A stretch of DNA of 64,000 bases from Octopus sinensis (Eukaryota). Below the pieces are notes generated by a model, which was not told the DNA's origin, ran no database searches, and saw nothing but the letters and a program-made list of their open reading frames with translations. The stretch is from positions 59,706,001 through 59,770,000 of the forward strand of contig NC_043008.1 in the NCBI RefSeq assembly GCF_006345805.1, given 5' to 3'. Of the stretch, positions 1-12,378 are shown piece by piece (the stretch's first letter is position 1; every line of letters starts with the position of its first letter). Position numbers and translations under genes: made by a program.

Positions 1-894
1 GTATATATACGGTTATACGTCTATGCGCGGATATGTATGTACGTGTGGATGTATGTATGTATATATGTGGGTATATGCGTGTCTGTGTGTATATATATAG
101 ACGTACGGATACATATATGTATGTGCATATATATATATATATATATATGGTATTCTACGCCTAGTGCCTGTCTGAAAATAAATTTTGTAGTTTGAATTCC
201 TTCTATTTTCTCATTGTCATTGTGGAACATAGCAAGACGTTCAAAACCTTTTCTTCATTCCAGATAACTTTATTGAACATTGTGTACTCACTGTGTGAGT
301 TCGTTTGTTACGCATCTGAATAAATGCCACGCAGTGGGATTGAACCCGGAACCATGTGGCTGGTTAGCAAGCTACTTACCACACAGCCACTCCTGCGCCT
401 ATATTTTGCTGTTAATAATAATTTGCTGTTAATAATAAACAATTATTAACTTCCCAATCTCCATTTTCTTTTTCTTATATAAATATACATACAAAATTAG
501 GGATAAAACCAAGTCATAAGCTAGGAATAATGCATGAGTATGTGTGTTCTGGTGGAGCGGTAGCCATATTTTGTTTGTCCATTCCCCAAGTCTGCTCCTT
601 TGCATGGTGTCTCCAAAATGCCTCAGGACATCTAAGTATTAATCATTACTGATCAGCTGACCACATAAAAGAAATGATTAATATGCACTTCACTGACGTA
701 AAAAAAAATGAACGTAAATTGTCCTAAAAAGTGAAAGAAAATTACGATAGAAATTGGACGTGACGACAGAAGACACCTAGGTGAAAATGTGGGACCAGTG
801 GTGCCTTATTTGCAACATAACTTCATGAGCATGTGTAAATACAAATGTTTTCATCAAATATAAATTGTAGATACGATTTTCATTTTATATTAAA

Positions 895-1830
895 CTAGCA
901 AGCGCACTCCGTCCTTTGGACGGTTTAAATTGCTTTCGTGGTATTTTTTTCACCAAATAATTGAACTACCGAGGAGGTTTATGTGTAGCATGGCAATCTG
1001 TTTTCGATTAACCTAGGAACGGAAAATCAAATTGAAGGCTAGTTATTGTGGAGGTCGTTGCACTTTAATTATCATAGAACATATAAGTTTGCAAGCGATG
1101 TAAAGTAGAGCTACTGAATTGTTTTGGGAGTAGATTACGGATAATGACTACAAAATATAGTTGTTTTACATGAAAGCGAAATTTCTTGTCAGAAACAGCC
1201 ACATAATTGGCGTAAGGAAATTTAAGGAAGATGTTGAAACTTCCCCTCTGCGAGTTTATTTTTTTTCAACAGCAATGGGAGGTTTTTTGGGGGTTTTTTT
1301 CGGAGAGAAAAGCTAACAAAAGCCCCTTCATTCTATCTTCCCACATAGCGTGACATAAACTAACAGCGAATGCTGCATAAAGTTAAATTGGTATGGAGCT
1401 TCCTGAAAGATATGTATAGCTTTCGCTAGTGGAAGCAAAACTCTTATTTAAATGTTGATTCTTTGGGACGAATCATATGTGAGTGTTTAAAGTGCATGTT
1501 AACTAAAGAAACTCATAACTTCTAATCAAAGGAGACTATCAACATCAATTTCACATTGAAGGGACTATGATGTTAATTTTTTTTCGGTCGCAGCGATGAT
1601 GCGTTCCATTATAATGCTACCCACAGCTACAACTACCTTTTGTTTCGACATCGTAACAATACACCTATATTTCATCACCCATTGTGACATTTTTTTAGAA
1701 TATTTTCACCGGCATTTGAACGATCCTATCGCTCTGTATTGACTATGACTCGGGTCTCCATTTATGCATCTTTCAGGCGGCAGACCCGGTAATACGATAC
1801 AGATTTAATCCTATTTCATTTTAATATCTA
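895..1830 (-). mobile_element. Probable Helitron 3' end with degenerate helicase-like remnants
   Basis: Hairpin CCGTCC-TTT-GGACGG (909-923) about 10 nt from a terminal CTAG (895-898), followed by T on the minus strand. Frameshifted GLPP and NG-TRVIV-like pieces near 1745-1790 resemble Pif1-type Helitron helicase motifs. 5' end unresolved. Confidence 0.45.
1525..1690 (-). pseudogene. Degraded mariner transposase fragment
   Basis: Minus-strand translations VTMGDEI*VYCYDVETK (cf. VTGDETWVYxYDPETK) and NVKLMLIVSFD (cf. KVMLxVFFD). Confidence 0.55.
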
Positions 1831-3366
1831 ATCGTAAGCCACAAGTTTTTTTTTTTTTTCGGATCCGAGCCTCTTTAAAACTTCACTGAAAATCAGGCGA
1901 CACTTTTTCACGGATTACGGCGCTACAACCACATGAATCTTTCCTGAAAATTTTCACAAAAATTATTTTCAAAACTGTAGCTCCGATGTAGTTTTGCACG
2001 CAAATAACGAAAATTGCATTCATCTTCGCAAAAAAATTAATAATAAATGGGTTACAAGCATTTAAAGTTATGTAATTTTAGCTATCGAAAACTTGCGTTG
2101 GCGACATATTGCGTATCCTGATCTCCATCGCCATGGAGACGAAACCTTTACGTAGTTTCTCGACCTGCTAGAAATAGCAGCCAAATCTTCCTTAAATTAC
2201 ACCATAACGTCTAAAAAAATATGGCCGAAACATTGTGCCATAGCACTATTTATTTTCTCGCTTGAGACAAGCCTAAGAGCTATCGTTTGTTGAGTATTTT
2301 TAATATTTAAATTAAAGTCAATCTCCCCGTGTGTAATCTTTATCGCACACATACAACCTTCTTTCATTTCTTTCAACTTTAGTTCTAAGAAATTTAACAA
2401 AATCCCAGAGCGAATTCTGGAATTATACCAAATTGAAAACAGTACGTTGTATACTCAGGTCAACAAAAAACTTAAATCAGCATTAAAAACAAAATAACAG
2501 GTTTCAATGCATGGCGAATTCCAAGGATATCCATTCTTGGATAATATAATATTACCCTCCCCCTCCTCTCGAAGTTTCCGTCTACCAAATCCACTCACAA
2601 TGCTTTGGTCAGCCCGAGGATATACTAGAAGACATCTGCCCAAAGTACCACGCAGTGGAACTGAACCGGGAACCATGTGGTTGGGAAGCAAGCATCTTAC
2701 CACACAAGCCGATTTTTACCAATTTTTTCATATTCGGAATCTCCGTACCCGAAAACTGTAAAAAAAAAAAAAGAAAAAAGAATGGGAGTTTTTTTATGGG
2801 TACAAAAAGGAAGTCTTTCTTCTTTTTTCCCGGTGAAGGCCGGTTTATTGGGTTACCCTGGGTTTAACTTTATGGTGTATCGTCAAACCCCAAGTCTTGT
2901 TGGCCTAAGACGTCTTAAAAATATGGAGGGGAAAAGTCTGGATACAAAGGCAAATGTAAAGAAGGGGATTATCTCCCTTTGCTAATGGCTATCGACTTCC
3001 GGCCGTACCACCATCATTCAGCTGAGAGGGTAAACAATAGAGGATTATATCTCTCTCCCATTAGCTATCAACTTCCGGCTGTACCGCCATCTTTCGGTTC
3101 CCAAAATACCAGTAGAAATCTCCTAAAATGCAAACATGGCCCGTTCTGGAGTTAAGTGTGCACGTGCACGTGTGTAGTTTGGTGAAAATCAGTTGAGATT
3201 TGTGGAAATGTATGCGTTATACATTATACAAACACATACTGTGGTTTATATAAGTGGACAGAGGAAATAAATAGACAAAATCCTTTCACTTTTATGTGCC
3301 GCCATCTTTCGGTTCCCAAAATACCAGTAGAAATCTCCTAAAACGCAAACATGGCCCGTTCTGGAG

Positions 3367-4110
3367 TTAAGTGTCGTCCCTGGTTCGAAAGGAGCCTTTA
3401 AGGATTCTCGTTCGTTCAGCTCTGCATAGCTTGCAGCGTTTCGTTCCGTTAGTGTAGGGGTGTGGTTTTTCGAGGGTTTTCCATGTGAACTCCGTCGTCT
3501 TGCCGGTAAAATTACAGATTAACACCCGCACGATTTTCACTAAGAAAAAAAAAAAAAAAACTCGGATTTTTTTGCGTGGAATCAAGTACCCTGACCCCCT
3601 AATATGCTGCAAATCCCATATTTTGGTCCGGAATTGGTCCGGAATTGGTCCGGAGGGGGTGGTTACCCCCCCCCCGGAATTTTCACACAAAAAAGAACTC
3701 TGATTTTTTGCGTGGAATCAAGTACTCTGACCTCGTAATATGCTGTAAATCCCATATTTGGGTTCGGAAGGGTGGTGGGGCTTGATTTTTTTTTGTGTGT
3801 GAAAATTCCGGGGCGGGGGGGGTGTTAACCCCCCCCTCCGAACCAAAATATGGGATTTGCAGCATATTAGGAGGTCAGGGTACTTGATTCCACGCAAAAA
3901 ATCCGAGTTTTTTTTTTTTTTCTTAGTGAAAATCGTGCGGGTGTTAATCTGTAATTTTACTGTCTTGCCAAACGTGGATGGTCAGCGTATCTCCTTTCCG
4001 GGACTCGGAAGGAGGATCATGATTGGAAAAGCGTTTCTGGAACGAATTTCGAGTACAACCAATGGAGTTTTGTGGAAGCGCGATGTCAGTGCTGTACCTA
4101 TTATTGTTGT
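3367..4110 (-). mobile_element. Penelope-like element GIY-YIG endonuclease / C-terminal remnant, interrupted by a MITE
   Basis: IGCTRNSFQKRFSNH...VW on one side of the insertion and EFTWKTLEKPHPYTNGTKRCKLCRAE on the other, resembling PLE endonuclease C-termini. Confidence 0.6.
3505..3961. mobile_element. Palindromic MITE (GG-start, 8-bp TSD; Merlin-like)
   Basis: Starts GGTAAAATTACAGATTAACACCCGCACG, ends CGTGCGGGTGTTAATCTGTAATTTTACT. Exact TSD GTCTTGCC at 3497-3504 and 3962-3969; internal subrepeat. Confidence 0.85.
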
Positions 4111-4260
4111 TGCTGCTGTTGTTAGGTGTTGTGTTTTGAAATGATTTGAAAACACAACACCTAATAACCTAACCGTATATCTTTTCTACCCCTTTGATGA
4201 GATTTTGCCTAATACAATAATTTAATCATTGTAATTAAATCTTTTAGACTAAATTGAAAT

Positions 4261-4675
4261 AGGCGTAGGAGTGGCTGTGTGGTAAGTAGCTTGCTTACCA
4301 ACCACATGGTTCCGGGTTCAGTCCCACTGCGTGGCATCTTGGGCAAGTGTCTTCTGCTATAGCCCCGGACCGACCAATGCCTTGTGAGTGAATTTGGTAG
4401 ACGGAAACTGAAAGAAGCCCGTCGTATATATGTGTATATATATGTATGTGTGTGTATATGTTTGTGTGTCTGTGTTTGTACCCCTAGCATTGCTTGACAA
4501 CCGATGCTGGTGTGTTTACGTCCCCGTCACTTAGCGGTTCGGCAAAAGAGACCGATATAATAAGTACTGGGCTTACAAAAAATAAGTCCCGGGGTCGAGT
4601 TGCTCGATTAGAGGCGGTGCTCCAGCATGGCCGCAGTCAAATGACTGAAACAAGTAAAAGAGTAAAAGAGAGAGA
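4261..4675 (+). mobile_element. tRNA-derived SINE family A, full-length representative
   Basis: Head GGCGxAGGAGTGGCTGTGTGGTAAG...GGTTCAGTCCC (A/B boxes), central (TG/TA)n, tail GAAACAAGTAAAAGAG. Other copies near 325-400, 2570-2710, 5478-5905, 10100-10745, 13480-13703 plus 16865-16955, 17015-17335, 22225-22450, 25075-25480, 26569-26920, 40218-40640, 42690-43000, 43085-43472, 44650-45052. Confidence 0.88.
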
Positions 4676-6044
4676 GCTGTAAGAGAATCCTTTGGATTCT
4701 TGCAGATAATAAATTATATTAATGCTACATCTCCATTTTCTAAATTTTCTTTCTTCTTCAAACCCACGGATTCCCACCCTTACCTCAGCGATTCCTCCCC
4801 CACCCCTTCTACACTAAATGGGCCATCTTCTACTCCTAGTTTCTCCGCCTCCGACGCTTCTGCAACCGGGACCAGGATTTCGAGACCCAGTCCTAGTATC
4901 TTGCCCGCCTGTTCATGCATCGAAGATACCCATCCACCCTTGTCCAAACCGCCCTCGCCCACACTCGTCTAATCGATCGCACCACTGGCCTCTCTCCTTC
5001 ACCACAGCAATTCCCCAACCCTTTCCCCTCTTTCTCCAATCTATAGGATTTGATTGATAGAGGATATCTATCACATGACTGGTCTTAGAAATTTTTGTAG
5101 GTTCCCCGCTAAGTCTGTGTATTAGTATCAAGTGACAATATTTGGCGTCGTAAGTTAAGGCCGACACGGTTCACTGGACATGTCCATGGAGTCAATGCTC
5201 TCAATGTTTTCTGTCAGGTGTTTATAGAGAATGAACACATTATTAAGTTTATGACCTTTCGTACATTTCCGCTACGTTTGTGCGTTGGTGTCACTTACTT
5301 GACGGTATTAATTTTGCGCCCGAAAAGAAAGGCTACACGGTTGAATGAATATGTTTAGTTATAATCAAGGCACTTTAAATTTAATGATGGGGGAGTGGAC
5401 TCGGGTGTGTCTCTTTGTTAGGTAGGTACAGGATGTTTTAGTAGTTTAGTTATTTTTGCCTTTGTTGGATTTAATCTCTTTTACTCTCTCTTTTACTCTT
5501 TTACTTGTTTCAGTCATTTGACTGCGGCCATGCTGGAGCACCGCCTTTAATCGAGCAACTCGACCCCGGGACGTATTCTTTGTAAGCCCAGTACTTATTC
5601 TATCGGTTTCTTTTGCCGAACCGCTAAGTGACGGGGACATAAACACACCAGCATCGGTTGTCAAGCAATGCTAGGGGGACAAACACAGACACACAAACAG
5701 ACACACAAACATACACGCACACACATATATATACAAATATACGGCGGGCTTCTTTCAGTTTCCGTCTACCAAATCCACTCACAAGGCTTTGGTCGGCCCG
5801 AGGCTATAGTAGAAGACACTTGCCCAAGGTGCCATGCAGTGGGACTGAACCCGGAACCATGTGGTTGGTAAACAAGCTACTTACCACACAGCCACTCCTG
5901 CACCTTTACTTTGAAAATGTAAGTTTTAAAGGTACAAAGTCCAGTATTTAAAAACTCAATAATTGGGTGCCGAACTTTTCGTAATGGAATCTTTTAGGGG
6001 TTCACTAATAAATGTAAGTAGGTAGTATTAACTTCAATGTATCG

Positions 6045-6087
6045 CAGTCTGACGATGGCTTTTATTACCGAAGCTTCGAAGTCACTG
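6045..6087 (+). ncRNA. Type I hammerhead ribozyme-like motif (Penelope-associated, variant core)
   Basis: cagt-CTGACGA-tgg..acc-GAAG-cttcgaa-GTC-actg: stem I cagt/actg, palindromic stem III, GUC site. GAAA is replaced by GAAG. Confidence 0.6.
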
Positions 6088-6420
6088 TTAATAATTTTCT
6101 TGTTTAAGAATATTAAATTTGTACTCTACCAAAGTATAGAGTAACCTATCAAATTAAAGTAAAATTGTTTTATTATAACTGAACATAAGGCGGTGGGCTG
6201 GCAGAATCGTTAGCACGCCGGGCAAAATGCTTAGCGGCATTTCGTCCGTCTTTACGTTCTGAGTTCAAATACCGCCGAGGTTAACTTTATCCTTTATCTT
6301 TTGGGGTCGATGAAATAAGTACCAGTTGAGTACTGGGGTCGATGCAATCGACTTAACATCTCCAAAATTTCAGGCCTTGTGCCTATAGAAGACATGATTA
6401 TAACTGAACACACACACATG

Positions 6421-6799
6421 TGGAGGCGCAATGCTCAGTGATTAAGGCAGCAGACTTGCGGTTTCGATTCCCAGACTGGGCGCTGTGAGTGTTTATTAAA
6501 CGAAAACACCTTAAGCTCCACGAGGCTCCGGCAGGGGTTGATGGCAACCCCTGCTGTACTCTTACACCACAACATTCTCTCATTCTTTCTTCCTGTTTTT
6601 GTTGTATCTGTATTTCAAAGGGGCCAGCCTTGTCACACTCTGTGACACGTTGAATATCTCCCTGAGAACTATGTTAAGGGTACACGTGTCTGTGGAGTGC
6701 TCAGCCACTTGCACGTTAATTTCACGAGCAGGTTGTTCCGTTGATCGTATCAGCTGGGACGCTCGTCGTCGCAACCGACGGAGTGCCACGATATATATA

Positions 6800-6830
<31 letters not shown>

Positions 6831-7140
6831 CACGTGATCACGTGACCAACCAGACTATAAGATGTTGCTACACATCGCTGGTCACAATGCGCTTCGCATT
6901 GTTTTAGCTTTCAAATGACGAGCAGGCCAACAGAAGAAAGAGAGAGAGAGAGAGAAAGTTGCGGCGAAAGAGTACAGCAAGGATCACCACCAACCTCTGC
7001 CGGAGCTTCGTGGAGCTTTAGGTGTTTTCACTCAATAAACACTCACAACGCCCGGTCTGGGAATCGAAACCGCGATCCTACGACCGCGATCCTACGACCG
7101 CGAGTCCGCTGCCCTAACCACTGGGCCATTGCGCCTCCAC
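6421..7140. mobile_element. tRNA-derived SINE family C copies (6421-6790 +, about 6950-7140 -)
   Basis: GGAGGCGCAATGG..CAGTGGTTAGGGCAG..GGTTTCGATTCCC head and GAAAACACCTAAAGCTCCACGAGGCTCCGGCAG body. Also at 20555-20655 and 28680-28980; related body at 29845-30180 and 38985-39290. Confidence 0.75.
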
Positions 7141-7161
7141 ACACACACACAAACACACACA

Positions 7162-7206
<45 letters not shown>

Positions 7207-7479
7207 TATATACAGGGGTTGAGGCATATACATTCATTATACAAACATGAAATTAACAAAGTAACCCCAGTGGGTCTACTTCTGAGCAGTTCTTAAGCGC
7301 AAACAAAAATAGACTGATTAATTTTAATAAGCTAACATAAAAGAAACAGCAAAATATATCAGGTAACAAACTAGAAGCTAAGTACACAGGTGAAAAAAAA
7401 ATAATACTATAAAAAAATACTAAGACAATAGAAATGGAAATGCAAAAAGAAAAAAAATTATCAAGGCAGACCTAACAAA

Positions 7480-7690
7480 AAAAAGAAGAGAAAAGCTTGG
7501 AAATCTCGCCGTAGTCAGTTTACAGGCAAACTAGAAATATAGGAAGTGAGCCAACATAAACCAACAATGGCTGGAAAAAAGCTATGGTCGAAAGGGAGAA
7601 ACGGAAGGCCTGATTTGAATCGTACAAAATCAATTCCGAAACATAAAAGACTACATGAAAAAAGGATTAACAAACACAAGATCAAATATT
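7480..7690 (+). mobile_element. Highly degraded R4/Dong-like retrotransposon fragment
   Basis: QWLE...KGETEGLI..QNQ-like translation, matching the KAETEGFLIAAQDQ motif of the copies at 51-53 kb. Confidence 0.45.
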
Positions 7691-8007
7691 AATGATTTCT
7701 AACGTTGGCTTAAGGCCATGCATTTTTGGGGAGGATGATGTCGTTTGTTGATTGGTAATTTATTTCATTGACCCCGGAAGGAAGAAAGGCAAAGTTGGTT
7801 CAATCGGGAGTTGAAACTAGAACGTAAAGAGATGTAGGAAAAAAAATGTATGCAGTACCGGAGCTCTTATCCGGCTTCTAGAAATCTGGTATTTCCAGAA
7901 AAAAACTGGGAATACTGTTCAATATCCTGCAATAGACTGTGCCCTGTATTGAGTAAGCAGGCCCTGTTTTTGAAGTAGGTTAATTTGCATAGTATTTCCC
8001 GGCTGAT

Positions 8008-8317
8008 CCTGTGGGAAAGGGCCAACCAGGAGCCCATACATGTTCAGATTAGACGAAGGAAATGGAGATGGATCGGTCACACATTGCGGAAAGAACCTTC
8101 AAATGTGACACGACAAGCACTTGACTGGAACCCGCAGGGGAAAAGGAAGCGAGGACGCCTGAAGCGGACATGGACGCAGAGCATTTTGGACGAGCTCAGG
8201 ACCACCGGCCTGACATGGGAAGCAGCCAAGAAGCACGCCAATGACCGCAAAAAGTGGAAAACAACTGTTGAGGCCCTATGCTCCACAAGGGTAAAAAAAA
8301 GTTTAATAATAATAATA

Positions 8318-8377
<60 letters not shown>

Positions 8378-8462
8378 TTAATAATGATAATAATAATAAT
8401 AATAATAATAATAATATAATAATAATCTTAATAATAATAATAATAATAATAATAATATAATA

Positions 8463-8522
<60 letters not shown>

Positions 8523-8565
8523 GAAGAAGAAGAAGAAGAAGAGAAGAAGAAGAAGAAGAAGAAGA
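8008..8565 (+). mobile_element. RTE-type LINE 3' fragment with (AAT)n/(AAG)n tail
   Basis: IRRRKWRWIGHTLRK...ALDWNPQGKRKRGR.KRTW is a typical RTE ORF C-terminus; trinucleotide tail at 8305-8565. Confidence 0.82.
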
Positions 8566-9145
8566 ATCTTTTAGAAAAGATCCGAAGAATTTGCATAGTA
8601 TGATAAAAATAGAAGACAGCTGCCCAATATTTGTTTTGCTTCAAATTTCTCAAAAATAGACTTACACCGACTGGACATTGAATCTGTAAATTGATAATCA
8701 TATTATTTAGATTTTCTTTTATTCCTGTACTATACTTCAGGTGATTGTCATGCTGATAAATCCACGACCGGTCCTTTTAACTGTTATGATAAGAATATGT
8801 CTGTTTTGGATTATCATCAGCGAAATAATTTGGCTGAGTCAAGCAGATGTCAGCGAATGCAAGAACTCAAATTCTGTTCGAGATTTTAATTACAAGAAAC
8901 ATTTATTTATATCGTATTGTAACAACGGCAGAAAAGATGCTAACGCCACTTAAATAATTCAACAGATTTTTTAAGACGTTGTCGAAGCCAAGAATGACTT
9001 GTAGCATGTCTGGCGAATATCATCACTGCTTGCTAGGGGCAAAAAAAAATTGTAAAAACTAACAATTCATCTTCAGTGCTGAGATTCGAAACGGAATCTA
9101 AGGATTCTCGCTCGCCTGATCTACCGCTGGCCGAACAAAATTTCT

Positions 9146-9730
9146 ATTTCTTTACTACCCACAAGGGGCTAAACACAGAAAATACAAACAAGGATAGACA
9201 AACAGATTAAGTCGATTATATCGACCCCACTGCGTAACTGGTACTTAATTTATCGACCCCGAAAGGATGAAAGGCAAAGTCGACTTCGGCGGAATTTGAA
9301 CTCAGAACGTAACGGCAGACGAAATACCTATTTCTTTACTATCCACAAGGGGCTAAACACAGAGAGGACAAACAAGGATAGACAAACAGATTAAGTCGAT
9401 TATATCGACCCCAGTGCGTAACTGGTTCTTAATTTATCGACCTCGAAAGGATGAAAGGCAAAGTCGGCCTCGGGGGAATTTGAACTCAGAACGTAACGGC
9501 AGACGAAATGCCTATTTCTTTACTACCCACAAGGGGCTAAACACAGAGAGGACAAACGGATTAAGTCGATTACATCGACCCCAGTGCGTAACTGGTACTT
9601 ATTTTATCGACTCCGAAAGGATGAAAGGCAAAGTCAACCTCGGCGGAATTTGAACTCAGAACGTAACGGCAGATGAGATACGGCTACGCATTTCGCCCGG
9701 CGTGCTAACGATTCTGCCAGCTCGCTGCCA
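9146..9730 (-). mobile_element. Trimeric SINE family B insertion with a single TSD
   Basis: Three head-to-tail units of about 184 bp with junctions at 9328/9329 and 9512/9513. Flanked by TGGC(C/A)GAACAAAATTTCT at 9128-9145 and 9733-9750. Confidence 0.88.
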
Positions 9731-11350
9731 TATGGCAGAACAAAATTTCTTTTTCCTGTTAAAAAGTGATGGATAGATTTCCATTCAACCTCCGACCTGA
9801 GCTGTGTCACTGAAGGTTCAACTGGACAACAGGTGACCTAGATAAGTAGAAACTACTCCTTATGGTATGTCAGTTCTTCTAGCTGGGACGGCCATTATAA
9901 ATACAGTTAGACTCACGACAGACAAGCAGACAACTAAGCAACATGCAAGCAGTCGAGAGCCAAGATGGCAGGCCATGAGGAAGCAGTGACCAGCGACACA
10001 ACACAGTCGCAGAACTCAATTAGACAGGACAAAAACATGACCCGACCAAATGACCAACGCACACACAGACACAAAATATGCCATATACTATCGACGCACT
10101 CTCTTTACTCTTTTACTTGTTTCAGTCATTTGACTGCGGCCATGCTGGAGCACCGCCTTTAATCGAGCAACTCGACCCCGGGACTTATTCTTTTGTAAGC
10201 CCAGTACTTATTCTATCGGTCTCTTTTGCCGAACCGCTAGGTTACGGGGACATAACCGCACCAGCATCGGTTGTCAAGCAATGCTAGGGGGACAAACACA
10301 GACACACACACATATAGATATACTCTTTACTCTTTTTACTTGTTTCAGTCATTTGACTGCGGCCATGCTGGAGCACCGCCTTTAATCGAGCAACTCGACC
10401 CCGGGACTTATTCTTTGTAAGCCCAGTACTTATTCTATCGGTCTCTTTTGCCGAACCGCTAAGTGACGGGGGCGTAAACACACCAGCATCAGTTGTCAAG
10501 CAATGCTAGGGGAACAAACACAGACACACAAATATATTCACACACACTTATATATATCTTATATACATATACATATATACGACAGGCTTCTTTCAGTTTC
10601 CGTCTACCAAATCCACTCACAAGGCATTGGTCGGCCCGGGGCTATAGCAGAAGACACTTGCCCAAGATGCCACGCAGTGGGACTGAACCCGGAACCATGT
10701 GGTTGGTTAGCAAGCTACTTACCAAACAGCCACTCCTGCGCCTATTTCTCCTGTTTTTCTTTTTTTTACTTCGCCAACTCGAAGCAGTTGGTAACTTTAT
10801 ATAGCGGCTTTCATTGATATTGTAAATCAAACTTTGTGTATCCAACATATAAATTGGAAGTGTTGATCAAATAAATTGCTTAAACTACATTCTGATGCTT
10901 TCCGCATTGTCTTCCTTTGATGTCGTCCATCACGCCTATCTTCATCTGCTAGACCAACAACATCTTTTACTACACATCCCGCTGCAAATTCTATTTATAG
11001 TTTGTTTCTGTCAATGAAAAAAAAGCACGATAAACAATATACTGATGAGATCTCGTTTCATTGATATCCGAATGGTCAGTGTTTTGCTGACATGAATAGT
11101 AACTGAGCGAATCTCGTTCGTCTTTATACGATGATTTCTGCCAGAAATCTGATTGGTCAGTCATGTACTAATATTACCGATCTCTAAACAGAAAGAAGCT
11201 TAGCAATCCCCTTTGATTCCCAGATGTTTTGGGATTGCCAAATATATCTGATACATAACCCTTAGTATAAGAAAGCAATCTTTTCCGCGGTCTATAAATA
11301 GGCTGTACTGTTTAAAAATACACTAGTTTTGAGGTATAAGATCAACTTTT

Positions 11351-11783
11351 GGATCTTTTCGGTTTGAACGGCAGTTTTTTCTAGCGGTGTCATATGAAAT
11401 TGTCACCCATAATTATGACCCTAGAATCGATCTATTGCATTTCAATCTATTTTAGGGTTAGGGTTAGAGTTAGGGTTAGGGGTGGGGGAAGGGTATCTTT
11501 TTTTCTTCAGAAATGTAAATAAACCCCATCTGTTTCTTAAACGAGGGACATATTCATACGGCAGAATGCTTTTTAACTCGATAGACGTCAGTGATTGGTT
11601 GAAATTGCAGAAATTGATGAAAAAAAAAAAAAGCAACAAATATCTTACAAACTATAGAATTTTCTCGATAAAGTCAAGAGAAAAAGATGTTTTATAAACA
11701 CATTCTACCAGTATACGAAGTTTAAAAGTGTTTAGTTTCGTGGAAATTACTTTAACAAACTGCCGTTCAAACCGAAAAGATCC
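11351..11783. mobile_element. GGATC-family MITE containing TTAGGG repeats
   Basis: TIR GGATCTTTTCGGTTTGAACGGCAGTTT / AAACTGCCGTTCAAACCGAAAAGATCC; internal (TTAGGG)-like run at about 11451-11481. Confidence 0.85.
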
Positions 11784-11959
11784 AAATTTCTGATTGTTGA
11801 AGCTTAGCAATCCGTTTTGTTTCTTAGGTGTTTGGGGATTGCCAAATATATGATACATAACTCTTAGTATAAGACCAACTTTTTATTTCCAGACATGCAG
11901 TCCAAAAACAACGACACTGTCATTGCTACGCTTAACTTTTGGGTGAGACTCTTCTTTCG

Positions 11960-12348
11960 CATATCCGGAAAGTTCGTCGCAGGAAAACTCGCCTCAGAAT
12001 TTTGGGCCATAGGAAAGTCCATGGCAAAGGAAATTTTGCCTCAAGACAAAAGATGAATTACTCCCCTTAGTATATAATTGTTTCAAACAATAAGAAGGGA
12101 TGAAGCAATTTTTTAACTCATTTAAAATTTCTTTATTCATTCAACAACATTTTTTCGTGCAGCAAAAATGTTTGCGGAAATTTTAAACGATTTAAGAAAT
12201 TACTTTACTCCTTCTTTTTGGTTGAAACAATTATATATCAAGGAGAACAATTCATCTATTATCTTGCAGCAAAATTTCCTTTGCGGCGAACTTTCCTACG
12301 GTCCCAAAGCCTGAAGCGAATTTTCCTGCGGCAAAATTTCCTAGAACC
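11960..12348. mobile_element. Old MITE with imperfect ~135-bp inverted arms
   Basis: GGAAAGTTCGTCGCAGGAAAA...TATATAATTGTTTCAA is mirrored by TTGAAACAATTATATA...TTTTCCTGCGGCAAAATTTCC. Confidence 0.6.
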
Positions 12349-12378
12349 CTTCTCTCGTACGACATCAGAAATACATTT

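Noticed and set aside
4700-5170. GC-richer segment with overlapping short ORFs
   Set aside because: No recognisable motif or splice structure; probably a TE fragment that could not be classified by eye.
9146-9730. SINE-B tandem arrays as CRISPR arrays or hammerhead retrozymes
   Set aside because: Units are near-identical ~184-bp repeats without unique spacers, there are no cas genes, and no CUGANGA/GAAA core was found on either strand of the unit.
11451-11481. TTAGGG runs as true telomere or chromosome-fusion relics
   Set aside because: Only a few units long and always at the same position inside a MITE.
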